This document shows positions 31,847-45,500 of a DNA stretch of 64,000 nucleotides, in pieces (the first letter of the stretch is position 1; each line of letters begins with the position of its first letter). The DNA comes from Eledone cirrhosa. Its lineage: Eukaryota. The translations under genes were made by a program, and so were the position numbers. A model generated the notes under the pieces. That model had not been told where the DNA came from and made no database searches. It saw nothing but the letters and a program-made list of their open reading frames with translations. The stretch spans positions 28,210,001 to 28,274,000 of the forward strand of contig OZ024745.1 in the NCBI GenBank assembly GCA_964016885.1, read 5' to 3'.

Positions 31847-34158
31847 ATCTTCCTAAAATAACATTTCTGTCTTACAGGGTGTCTTATTTATTTGTATGCT
31901 TTGGTGACCTGTAGATGGATTAGTAAATATCTTAACCCTTTTGATACCAAACCACCCCTGGTTCTAATATAGAAAACTGTTTATTTTTTATCTAAAATCC
32001 TTCCATCTTAATTTTATTTAAGAATCTTTGCTAAGTTATACTCTACATATCAACTTAACTATTTGATACCAACTCACATGTGACAACCACCTTTGGTTCT
32101 ATGATACAAACTTATTTGTTTTAAAGAGTATTATATATTTGTCTAAAAGCCTTCTATCATAATTTTATATAAGCACTTTTTTTTAAATATGCTCTAGATA
32201 CCAACTTAATAACAAGAACATTATATCACAAAATCCTTCTAAATTCTTGAATATTTTCAAAATTATTTGAAAGTTGTAGGCAGTTACTTTCATTAGAAAT
32301 ATGGTAATGAAATTGTTAAATTGTTTATATTTATATATAAACCTTCCATCATAATTTTATGCAAGTCTGGCTACAATCCCAATGCACCTCTTGTGTATCC
32401 ATGTTTTACATTGCATATATTATATAGTGTTTCTACCCACTCCTTTTATACATATTGATCATAGCTACTTCTATGAGAGATCAGAATCCTGTTTTATATT
32501 ACTCTGAGTCCTTTTGATTTTAAGTTCTGTTTCTACAGTAGGGATTTCTTTTCTAGTTCTTCCACAGATTCAGCAATAAGAAAGCACACGTGCACATGCA
32601 CACACACACATATATACATACATTATTTTAAAAAAACAATAAGAAATAAATAAGAATCAAACAACACATATTTACAGAAAATCATTTTATCAAAAACAAA
32701 AACTAACAAAAAAATATAATGTCCTCTTGTTCTAGTGAACAGGATCACTTAACAGAGATTTGAACTCACAGTAACTGAGTTTGAAACAGAATGTTTATGT
32801 TCAGTGTATGTGTGTGTGTGTTCAAGCTTTTGTTCTGTAAAGTTCGGCAAATAGAGATCGACAAAATAATGTTTTCTGATTTAGGCAAATGGCCAGCAAT
32901 TTGAAGAGGAGAAAATCAATTAAATCATCTCCAGTGCATTACTGGTACTTTATTTTATTGACCTTTGTAAGGACGAAAGGCAAAGCTAACCTCGGCAGGA
33001 TTTGAACACAGAACATAAAGGCCCGTAACTCTATACTGCAAAGAATGTTGTCCGATACTGATCGATTGAATAATAATTTGAAATGGGTGCTGGTATTGAT
33101 ATCATTGCAGAAACTCTTTAAAATGTTGTCCCTGTATGACTACAAACCAGTGGAATGTCTAACACTAATGCAATGGTCTTATATATACATATAGTGTGCA
33201 TGAGACATGACCATTAGTTTGGACATATATTATATGTATGAAGGATGACAGTTATATAAAGAAATGCTGAGCCCATGAATAACCAGCATATAACCTAATC
33301 ACTCTAGCCTAGCCCCCATACTCACAACCATGCTTCTATGTTCACCTTAGCCTTCATACCCTTTCTATCTTCAATGTTGATCACATTTACCTAGGAATGT
33401 GGAGGGTATTAAGTAAGATGTGGTCCCATGACATGTTTAAGTACAGTAGCTCTCATTAAATACTAACTTGGTCTGTAATGATCTGTCCAGCCCATACAAG
33501 CATGGAAAATGATGATGAGGAATGTACACTATCGTATCCTTCTCGTAATAGACTGGACCATAAATACACCACAGCGCTCCTTCTTACATAATGAACTGGA
33601 CCAAAAATACACCATTGCACCCCTCTTACAATGACCTGCACCATATACCCTACCACCCTTTACATATTACATAAACTACAACAGAATTGCTCTTGATTTC
33701 AAGCAGAGGGATTGAACCTGGGACCTTGTGATTCGAAAATGTACTTTTTTAACCATTCAGCCATGCTACAATCTTCACATGCATGCACACACACACACAC
33801 ACACACACACTCACTCACTCACTCACTCACTCACTCACTCACTCACTCACTCACTCACACTTATTCTCTCTTTCACACACAAATGCAGTATAAACATGTA
33901 CACATGTACTCACATTTTAAACATTTTTCCCAGTGGTAAGAAACTCTCAGCAGAAGGTCTTTAGAGAAGAAACCCCACTCAAGCAAGTATTTCAGTCCTT
34001 AAATTCTGTAAGGGCTTAAAAACTTGCTTAACCATTGAGCCATGCTACAATCTGTACATACATACACACATACATAAATAACTGCACACGTGTACACAAA
34101 TTTTAAACATTTTGCCATCATTTATAGCACTTATGAAATAGAATGTATGTATATACAC

Positions 34159-34204
<46 letters not shown>

Positions 34205-34216
34205 TGGAGGATGAGA

Positions 34217-34252
<36 letters not shown>

Positions 34253-34783
34253 AAGTGTATGTGTATATATATAATGTATATATACATATATATGTGGGTG
34301 CATATATATATATGATGAAATATGATAATGTATAGATGATGAAGTGTGTATGTGTGTATTTATACATATGTGTAAATGTGTGTGAAAAAGGATGAGAATG
34401 TATATATGAAGTGTGTGTAGATATACATATATATGATGGTATATATGTGTGTACAAACATGTATGATGGAGTGTGTATGTGTATGTATATATATATATAC
34501 ACACATATATATATAATGGAATGTTTGAGTGTGTATATACATCCATGAACGGACGTAAAACGGTGATGATAATGATGAATGGTTTCTGATTTAGTATTAC
34601 TGTATTACTGGTGCTTTATTTTATCAACCCCATAAGGATGAAAGGCAAAGCTAATCTCAGCAGGATTTGAACTCAGAATATAAAGGGACGTAACTATATC
34701 ATGTTGTCCAATGCTCTACCAATTCTACCAATCCACTGCCCTTATAAACATATATATAATTGAATGTGTGATGCTAATGTCAA

Positions 34784-37378
34784 CTACACATCACTACCTC
34801 TGATGTAACTCTTCATGGGTGTCAAAGGACAGTTAGTTGCCATATATGTGTTAGTTCCAGCAAAAGGTGGCACCAGTTGCTGCTGTTGTGTTGAAAGAGT
34901 CTTTGGAACTTCCTTCTGGGAAGTCTCCAGTTTTTTCCTGTTATACCAGCTCTGAAGATGAGCTGTGACTGTCTCGAAATACTGTTTATTGCTTGGTTGT
35001 CGCTCATCGTAGCTGTCCTTGGCTACCTGGCGTTGCTGTTGTTGCTGTTGTGGTGTTCCTCTGTAAGGTGATACTTGTAAGGAAGCTGCACTTGGACTAT
35101 GATCAGTGCCACTAAATGATGACGTAGGAGTCGTTGTGTTGCTGTGCGATGTATTCAGCATTGTAGCGCCCCTGTTGCCATAGATACGACAGCTATAACC
35201 TGAATCAGGGTTGCTGCTTGAGTCCTCCTTATGGCACCAATCTAACATTGGAGAGGAGAGTTTGGGGTTGGATTTCTGCAATGGAGTTGAAGGCCAATGG
35301 CTTTGGTGATTGCTATGTTGGATATGGGCAACTGCACTACTATTATTATTATTGTTGTTGTTGGTATTATTATTATTTGGTGCAGTAACTACACTTGGCA
35401 ACACAGTTGTTGGATTATTTCTGTAGTGGTGGTCAGCTGGACTGTCTGCTTTTATCAGCTGTGGTTCTGATCTACTGAGTGTGTTAGCAAAGTCGTTGGG
35501 GTTAGGGTTACTCATCTGTATGTTTTTACTACTGCTATGGTAGCTTGGTGCTGGATTCTTGTAAGAAGATGGTGGGTTCTTGTACGGAGATGTAGGCTCT
35601 TGTGCTGGGTTCTTGTAAGGGGATGATGTGGGGTCTAGTGCTGTCTGTGACAAAACCTTCTGCATTTGTTTTTGATACTGTTCTCTACAGACAGACTGAC
35701 GAGAATTGGAATACAACACATCTTTTTGTAGAGACTGCATTGTTTCATTAACGCATGACTTTCCTGCAGAATCTGTCATAGATGGTCGTGGGGTGTATGC
35801 TGTGCTGTTACTGTTGTTGTTGTTGTTGTTGGCATGGGTAAAATTTGGTGGAGGGGCAGTATTTAAGGTTGTTGGCACTGTATAAGACTGGTGGCGTGTG
35901 TATTGAGACATTGTAGCTGTATTTGACTGTAATGTCACAGTATTAGGTTGACTCCCTGGTAATTCATCTTTGAGGTTGTTATAAGACTTACTCCGGTCCA
36001 ATGGCATTGTCTGTTCAGAATGATAGTAGCCTATACATTTTTTCTCATGAACTATGTCACGGACTGGTGAATCCGTGATCAAGTTTTGACTATGACTTCG
36101 TGGCCTCATACCACTGTAAATATCATTGTTGTTGATAGTTCCTGTTCTGTTTAGTTTAGCCGCAGGTGATTTAGTGGGTGACTGTTTGGTTTGTAGCAGC
36201 TGGGTTTCAGAAGTTTTTGTCACAGAGTAACTTGAAACAGTCAAAAGCTGTCTCTGGTTCCTAACTGTTTCTTTTGAATCCTTTTCCATAGAGCTTTTAT
36301 TAAACTGTCTCAATGTTGACTGGTTTGATGTAAATACATTGTTGGGGCCCAACTCAGCTCCAGTGCTTTTTATTACCTCTGCTGAGCCCCTTTCTACTAA
36401 ATTTTGCCTTTCATCGTTTTGTCTGAGACTACTGTGGTTTAAGTGGGACATTACCTGGCTTTGGTGCTTCACAGGTGGCCCTGAATGCCCTGGGGCAAAA
36501 CTTTGCGAGGAAGATGAAGGTAAATTAGGGGCATGTGTTTTAGAGGGAAATGTGGGCTGCCTTAACGTTGAAGGGGTAAATGGCCTCACTGTTCTGTTAT
36601 CAAATGTTTTAAGGTTCTGTGGTGATTCAAGAGAGAGATGAGCTATGGCAGATGTAGGTGAAACAAAGGGAGATGTCCTATTTGGTGACGTACATTCTAT
36701 CATGGTGTGGGGACGTGTAATACTGGGACCAGGTTGGATACTGACAGTGTTTCTAAATGTTACATTTGGTAATTGTCTGAGAGGACTGTCTCTTACAGGA
36801 TAGTTATCACGACGCCGATACCTGTCGGGTGTCTGCCAAGCTCGGATCTGTTGCATAGCTGCTTGCCGATTTTCATAAAAGTCTTTCTTCCGATGCCGTA
36901 CACTATAGTCTGACTGGGACAATGTTTCGTCAGAGCGTGATCGAAACAACCGGCCATTCTCATTATTGACAACATCGAAGAAAACACTGCGGTGATAAAA
37001 TCCAGAGTCATCATGGTGGTGAGGGTGACAACTTTCCTCATCTGTCAATCTCGTATCAAGCCATGCCTGCAGCTCAGATTTTACATTCTCATTGTACTTC
37101 GAGTACAATTGCTCAACATCTTTTCGTTGCTGGTTGATCTTGGTATCAACACGTTGTTTACATTCGTTGTGGGAAGCATCCAGCCTCTCCTTGTTGAGCC
37201 GGTCAATTGAGAAGACCTGCTGTGATGTCCGTTTGTCCAGCTGATTAATCCGGTTCTGTAATATTTGGTGAGAGGCATCAATATGGTCATAAAGGTTTTC
37301 TTTGGTCTCATCCATGTTTTTCTCAATTCTCTTCACAATTGGCATACATTGACATATCGGGGTGTAGCCAATAGGGCC
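34784..37378 (-). CDS. ANKRD6: ANKRD6-like large terminal exon ([11 protein letters not shown], coiled-coil-like region, long S/T/N/P/Q-rich tail ending GSDV*)
   Basis: cccag|GGC is in frame with the 853-aa ORF; TAG at 34786-34784. Confidence 0.88.
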   Translation of the reverse strand, partial: GPIGYTPICQCMPIVKRIEKNMDETKENLYDHIDASHQILQNRINQLDKRTSQQVFSIDRLNKERLDASHNECKQRVDTKINQQRKDVEQLYSKYNENVKSELQAWLDTRLTDEESCHPHHHDDSGFYHRSVFFDVVNNENGRLFRSRSDETLSQSDYSVRHRKKDFYENRQAAMQQIRAWQTPDRYRRRDNYPVRDSPLRQLPNVTFRNTVSIQPGPSITRPHTMIECTSPNRTSPFVSPTSAIAHLSLESPQNLKTFDNRTVRPFTPSTLRQPTFPSKTHAPNLPSSSSQSFAPGHSGPPVKHQSQVMSHLNHSSLRQNDERQNLVERGSAEVIKSTGAELGPNNVFTSNQSTLRQFNKSSMEKDSKETVRNQRQLLTVSSYSVTKTSETQLLQTKQSPTKSPAAKLNRTGTINNNDIYSGMRPRSHSQNLITDSPVRDIVHEKKCIGYYHSEQTMPLDRSKSYNNLKDELPGSQPNTVTLQSNTATMSQYTRHQSYTVPTTLNTAPPPNFTHANNNNNNSNSTAYTPRPSMTDSAGKSCVNETMQSLQKDVLYSNSRQSVCREQYQKQMQKVLSQTALDPTSSPYKNPAQEPTSPYKNPPSSYKNPAPSYHSSSKNIQMSNPNPNDFANTLSRSEPQLIKADSPADHHYRNNPTTVLPSVVTAPNNNNTNNNNNNNSSAVAHIQHSNHQSHWPSTPLQKSNPKLSSPMLDWCHKEDSSSNPDSGYSCRIYGNRGATMLNTSHSNTTTPTSSFSGTDHSPSAASLQVSPYRGTPQQQQQQRQVAKDSYDERQPSNKQYFETVTAHLQSWYNRKKLETSQKEVPKTLSTQQQQLVPPFAGTNTYMATNCPLTPMKSYIRGSDV

Positions 37379-39354
37379 CTGGGGGTGGCGAAGAGAGAGA
37401 GAAAGAGAGAGATATAATTAGGATAATTATACAGCAAATAAGGGTTTTTTATATAGGCACAAGGCCAGCAATTTTGGAGGAGGGGAAAGTCGATTAAATC
37501 GACCCAGTACATTACTGGTACTTTATTTTATTGACCCCTTAAGGATGAAAGGCAAAGTTAACCTCGGCAGAATTTGAACTCAGATCATAAAGGGCCGTAA
37601 CTCATTGCTGCAAAGCATGGTGTCCGACCCTTTACCGATACTGCCAATCCACCACCCTATTTTACAACAAATAATAATAAAAGTAACAATACTGATATAT
37701 TGAGGACCATGGGGTGGCAGTGGGGATTACACACAAAAACACAGACATACACACATATATATATAATTAGTATACAACAACAGTAATAACAGTAACAAAA
37801 CAACAATGACTACAACTGTAACAACAGCAACGATAACAACAACAATAACACCAACAAAAATTATAACAACATCAATAATAGTAAGTCCTCTATTTTCAAC
37901 ATAATGAAGATATGGTTAGGGTGTTGGGCTTATGATCCCGATGTTGTGAGCTCGATTCCCATTTAAGGTAACATTATGTCCTTGAACAAGTCACTCCATT
38001 TCACATAGCCCCAGGGATTAACCCAGTGACAGATGGTGGTCTTGTACTCTGTTGTTTAATGTCAATGAAATCCAGATAAGTTCTGGGCTTCGTCTAACAC
38101 TTGTATAAAAAAGTAAAGGATCATCTGTTGGTCATTATTGACCATGGGTTCTGCTCCCATGACCAGGGGTTCTGCTCCCATGACCAGGGGTTCTGCTCCC
38201 ATGACCAGGGGTTCTGTTCCCATGACCAGGGGTTCTGCTCCCATGACCAGGGGTTCTGCTCCCATGACCAGGGGTTCTGTTCCCATGACCAGGGGTTCTG
38301 CTCCCATGACCAGGGGTTCTGCTCCCATGACCAGGGGTTCTGTTCCCATGACCAGGGGTTCTGCTCCCATGACCAGGGGTTCTGTTCCCATGACCAGGTG
38401 TTTTACTCACTCATAACTGCTGTCCCTTTAAAAGTCTCTAGGCCTCCCTCATTATCATATTCTTGTAGCCACTCTCCTCACTCTTATACACCCCACCCAA
38501 TGTCCCCTTCACAAGCTCCCTCTATCTAGAACAGGGAGTCAACAGTTAATAGTTTATTTAACCCTTATTAGCAGGGAAAACAGACATTAAAACGATGACA
38601 ATGATGAAAATGATGATGATGATGTTGTCCAAAGGGAAGTCAAGGGATAATATAGCTTGGTAACAGTGTCATTGAAACTCATTTGTTCCAGCTAAGTGGA
38701 CCAGGCAATAGGAAAGTGGCTTGTTCAAGGACACAATCTTTCACCTGGCCTGGGAATCAAACTCAGAACTTTACAAGCATGAATCCAATATGCTTGACAC
38801 TAAGCCACATGTCTTCACAACCCATGCAAACATAAAAGAAAACAAGCATAAAATTATAACTATCAATGTAACAGATTCTTACCTCCTTAATATTTCCAGC
38901 AAGGTCCCTGTAGTACTGGGACCCTTCTTTAGGGACATACTTGTTGAAAAATCCCTGAACTGGGTTGTTTTTATTTACTGGGTGTGACATATGTAACTTC
39001 TCTTGATGCTGTTGCTGCAGTGGTGTTGGTTTAGTTATGGTTGGCTGTGAAGGCTCCGGTCCTTTGTCTTTATCCTGTGAAAAGAAATATTGATATCAAA
39101 CACAGGGCCTCAAAAATGGGGGAAGGGTATAGTTGTTATTGTGAAGGCTTACGGCCTAGTGCCCTATATAATGGATAAATATATAGTCCATTATAGAGAT
39201 TCCAGAACTTCACTGGTCCTTTATTTTATTGACTCAGAAGAATGAAAGGCAAAGTTGATACTGTAAAAATATGTAAACATCACAGGGAATTTCTGACACT
39301 CTACCAATCCACCAGCTTCTATAAGTAGTGGTGGTTGTGGTGGTGGTGGTGATG

Positions 39355-39389
<35 letters not shown>

Positions 39390-39521
39390 AGTAGTAGTGG
39401 TGGTGGTGGTGGTGGTAGTAGTAGTAGTAGTAGTGGCGTTGGTGGTGGTGGTGGTAGTGGTGGTGGTGGTGGTAGTGTCGGTGGTGGTGGTGGTGGTAGT
39501 GGTGGTGGGTCGTGGTGGGTT

Positions 39522-39558
<37 letters not shown>

Positions 39559-42500
39559 CAGTGGTGGTGGTGGTGGTGGCAGTGGTGGTGGTTGTAGTAG
39601 TGGCGGTGGTGGTGGTGGTGGTGGTGGTGGTGGTGGTGGTGGTAGGAAAAGGGTACAAACAGACAGACATAACAGAAATTCTTACTTTTTTCTTTCTCTT
39701 AAAGAAGAAGAATCTTCGTTCTTTTTCTGGTTTTTCTGGTTCCTTATTGGCAGCAGTGGGAGCACTACCTCTGAACATCATGTTTGGTCCATCAACAGCA
39801 ATGTGAACAGCATGTTTGTCTTCTGGAACAATCTGGTGTGGTCGGGCTTTACTCTGCACAAAAAAGTATAACATCATCATCAGCAGCACCACCACCAACA
39901 TCATCATCATCAGGATAATGTTTCACTCATATGACGCCCTTCTTAACACCAACCACTTTACAGGGTCTAGTGGGTGCATTTGATCATGGCACCAGCACTG
40001 GAGAGGTTACTGTGCCCTGCCCATAACAAGACTAAAGAGACCCCCCCCCCCCCCACATGACCCTACTTCGTATCTGTTCATTTGTCTATTATTTTCAGTG
40101 TACTGAGCGGAGCAAGCAGGTACTTTGGAGGAGCAGTTTATTCTGCCACCTACACTAAAGAGTTTGTTTTGTTGACTGCAAGAATAAATAGTCCTTTCTA
40201 GTCTACAAAATGTGTATACTGACCAGAGCTAATTATTTGACCACAAGTGATTATGAAAGCTGCAATGAGTGGAGAAAGATTTTGGCCATCTGTAACTACA
40301 GTTGAACACTAACCAGGGTTAACCACTTGACCATGGGATACAACTGATTATGAAAGCTGCAATAGGTGGAGGGTGATTGTGGTGGCCATCTGTTACTACA
40401 GTTTAATGCTGTTGCTGATGCTGATGATCATGATAAAATAGAAAGGTGTCTAAAGCATCCTTCAGAGCACAGTTGAGATGAGAGGAGACAGAACGAGGCA
40501 GTCAAAGAAAATACTGGTCCAACATCAAAGACTGGACAGATTATAATACCATGACCATTCTACACATGACAGAGAACAGAGACCAGGGTCAAGAGCTGAC
40601 TGCAAAAGCGTCGAGAGTGACACTCCAATGACTGGCTGCACCAGTTGCAGGAACTTGTTGATGTGTTAATAAAGTTTTAATTACCTTGCAATTAGCTGAA
40701 ATAATTAATATAATCTCTGGGTATTCCTTTCTTCGTGCCACATCAGAAGCTGTTTCGTTTTGCTGGGAAAAGTCAAACAGGATTATTAGACAGATATTGA
40801 TCAACATCACAACATCACAACAACACATCACCACATCACCATAACCATTAACATCACATCATCATCATTATCACAACACCACCATTACAACATCACATCC
40901 CCATCTTCATCATCCTCACAGTGTTGTCATCAATAATATCACATCCATCACTATCACAATATAAATATCAACACTACATCTTCACATCACCATCATCATC
41001 AACACTACATCTTCACATCACCATCATCATCAACACTACATCTTCACATCACCATCATCATCAACACTACATCTTCACATCACCATCATCATCAACACTA
41101 CATCTTCACATCACCATCATCATCAACACTACATCTTCACATCACCATCATCATCAACACTACATCTTCACATCACCATCATCATCAACACTACATCTTC
41201 ACATCACCATCATCATCAACACTACATCTTCACATCACCATCATCATCAACACTACATCTTCACATCACCATCATCATCATCAACACTACATCTTCACAT
41301 CACCATCATCACTACATCTTCACATCACCATCATCATCAACACTACATCTTCACATCACCATCATCATCATCATCACTACATCTTCACATCACCATCATC
41401 ATCATCATCAACACTACATCTTCACATCACCATCATCATCATCAACACTACATCTTCACATCACCATCATCACTACATCTTCACATCATCATCAACACTA
41501 CATCTTCACATCACCATCATCATCATCAACACTACATCTTCACATCACCATCACCACTACATCTTCACATCACCATCATCATCAACACTACATCTTCACA
41601 TCACCATCACCATCATCACTACATCTTCACATCACCATCATCATCAACACTACATCTTCACATCACCATCACCATCATCACTACATCTTCACATCACCAT
41701 CATCATCATCATCATTACATCTTCACATCATCATCAACACTACATCTTCACATCACCATCATCATCAACACTACATCTTCACATCACCATCATCATCATC
41801 ATCATTACATCTTCACATCATCATCAACACTACATCTTCACATCACCATCATCATCAACACTACATGTTCACATCACCATCATCATCAACACTACATCTT
41901 CACATCACCATCATCATCAACACTACATCTTCACATCACCATCATCATCATCATCACTACATCTTCACATCACCATCATCATCATCAACACTACATCTTC
42001 ACATCACCATCATCATCATCATCACTACATCTTCACATCATCATCATCATCATCACTACATCTTCACATCATCACCATCATCATCAACACTACATCTTCA
42101 CATCACCATCATCATCATCATCACTACATCTTCACATCATCACCATCATCATCATCATTACATCTTCACATCACCATCATCATCAACACTACATCTTCAC
42201 ATCACCATCACCATCAACACTACATCTTCACATCACCATCATCATCATCATCACTACATCTTCACATCATCACCATCATCATCAACACTACATCTTCACA
42301 TCACCATCATCATCATCACTACATCTTCACATCACCATCATCATCAACACTACATCTTCACATCACCATCATCAACACTACATCTTCACATCACCATCAT
42401 CATCAACACTACATCTTCACATCACCATCATCATCATCACTACATCTTCACATCACCATCATCATCAACACTACATCTTCACATCACCATCATCAACACT

Positions 42501-45500
42501 ACATCTTCACATCACCATCATCATCATCATTACATCTTCACATCACCATCATCATCAACACTACATCTTCACATCACCATCATCATCATCAACACTACAT
42601 CTTCACATCACCATCATCATCAACACTACATCTTCACATCACCATCATCATCAACACTACATCTTCACATCACCATCATCATCATCATCATTACATCTTC
42701 ACATCACCATCATCATCAACACTACATCTTCACATCACCATCATCATCAACACTACATCTTCACATCACCATCATCATCAACACTACATCTTCACATCAC
42801 CATCATCATCAACACTACATCTTCACATCACCATCATCATCAACACTACATCTTCACATCACCATCATCATCAACACTACATCTTCACATCATCACCATC
42901 ATCAACACTACATCTTCACATCACCATCACCATCATCATCATTACATCTTCACATCACCATCATCATCAACACTACATCTTCACATCACCATCATCATCA
43001 ACACTACATCTTCACATCACCATCATCATCAACACTACATCTTCACATCACCATCATCATCAACACTATATCTTCACATCACCATCATCATCATCATCAT
43101 TACATTTTCACATCACCATCATCATCAACACTACATCTTCACATCACCATCATCATCAACACTACATCTTCACATCACCATCATCATCATCATCATTACA
43201 TCTTCACATCACCATCATCATCAACACTACATCTTCACATCACCATCATCATCAACACTACATCTTCACATCACCATCATCATCAACACTACATCTTCAC
43301 ATCATCACCATCATCAACACTACATCTTCACATCACCATCATCATCAACACTACATCTTCACATCACCATCATCATCAACACTACATCTTCACATCACCA
43401 TCATCATCAACACTACATCTTCACATCACCATCATCATCATCATCACTACATCTTCACATCATCACCATCATCATCACTACATCTTCACATCACCATCAT
43501 CATCATCATCACTACATCTTCACATCATCACCATCATCAACACTACATCTTCACATCACCATCATCATCATCATCACTACATCTTCACATCATCACCATC
43601 ATCATCAACACTACATCTTCACATCACCATCATCATCATCAACACTACATCTTCACATCACCATCATCATCAACACTACATCTTCACATCACCATCATCA
43701 TCAACACTACATCTTCACATCACCATCATCATCATCAACACTACATCTTCACATCACCATCATCATCAACACTACATCTTCACATCACCATCATCATCAA
43801 CACTACATCTTCACATCACCATCATCATCATCATCACTACATCTTCACATCATCACCATCATCATCAACACTACATCTTCACATCACCATCATCATCATC
43901 AACACTACATCTTCACATCACCATCATCATCAACACTACATCTTCACATCACCATCATCATCAACACTACATCTTCACATCACCATCATCATCATCAACA
44001 CTACATCTTACATCTTCACATCACCATCATCATCAACACTACATCTTCACATCACCATCATCATCAACACTACATCTTCACATCACCATCATCATCATCA
44101 CTACATCTTCACATCACCATCACCATCAACACTACATCTTCACATCACCATCATCATCAACACTACATCTTCACATCACCATCATCATCATCACTACATC
44201 TTCACATCATCACCATCATCATCACTACATCTTCACATCACCATCATCATCATCAACACTACATCTTCACATCATCATCATCATCATCATCACTACATCT
44301 TCACATCACCATCATCATCATCAACACTACATCTTCACATCACCATCATCATCATCAACACTACATCTTCACATCACCATCATCATCATCACTACATCTT
44401 CACATCATCATCATCATCAACACTACATCTTCACATCACCATCATCATCAACACTACATCTTCACATCACCACCATCATCAACACTACATCTTCACATCA
44501 CCATCATCATCATCATCATTACATCTTCACATCACCATCATCATCAACACTACATCTTCACATCACCATCATCATCAACACTACATCTTCACATCACCAT
44601 CATCATCAACACTACATCTTCACATCACCATCATCATCAACACTACATCTTCACATCACCATCATCATCATCATCACTACATCTTCACATCACCATCATC
44701 ATCATCAACACTACATCTTCACATCACCATCATCATCATCATCACTACATCTTCACATCATCATCATCATCATCACTACATCTTCACATCATCACCATCA
44801 TCATCAACACTACATCTTCACATCACCATCATCATCATCATCACTACATCTTCACATCATCACCATCATCATCATCATTACATCTTCACATCACCATCAT
44901 CATCAACACTACATCTTCACATCACCATCACCATCAACACTACATCTTCACATCACCATCATCATCATCATCACTACATCTTCACATCATCACCATCATC
45001 ATCAACACTACATCTTCACATCACCATCATCATCAACACTACATCTTCACATCACCATCATCATCAACACTACATCTTCACATCACCATCATCATCAACA
45101 CTACATCTTCACATCACCATCATCATCATCACTACATCTTCACATCACCATCATCATCAACACTACATCTTCACATCATCACCATCATCATCAACACTAC
45201 ATCTTCACATCACCATCATCATCAACACTACATCTTCACATCACCATCATCATCAACACTACATCTTCACATCACCATCATCATCATCACTACATCTTCA
45301 CATCACCATCATCATCAACACTACATCTTCACATCACCATCATCATCAACACTACATCTTCACATCACCATCATCATCATCATCATTACATCTTCACATC
45401 ACCATCATCATCAACACTACATCTTCACATCACCATCATCATCATCAACACTACATCTTCACATCACCATCATCATCAACACTACATCTTCACATCACCA

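Noticed and set aside
38062-38529. Four overlapping heptapeptide-repeat ORFs
   Set aside because: A 21-bp minisatellite open in several frames; the flanking exons join in phase without it
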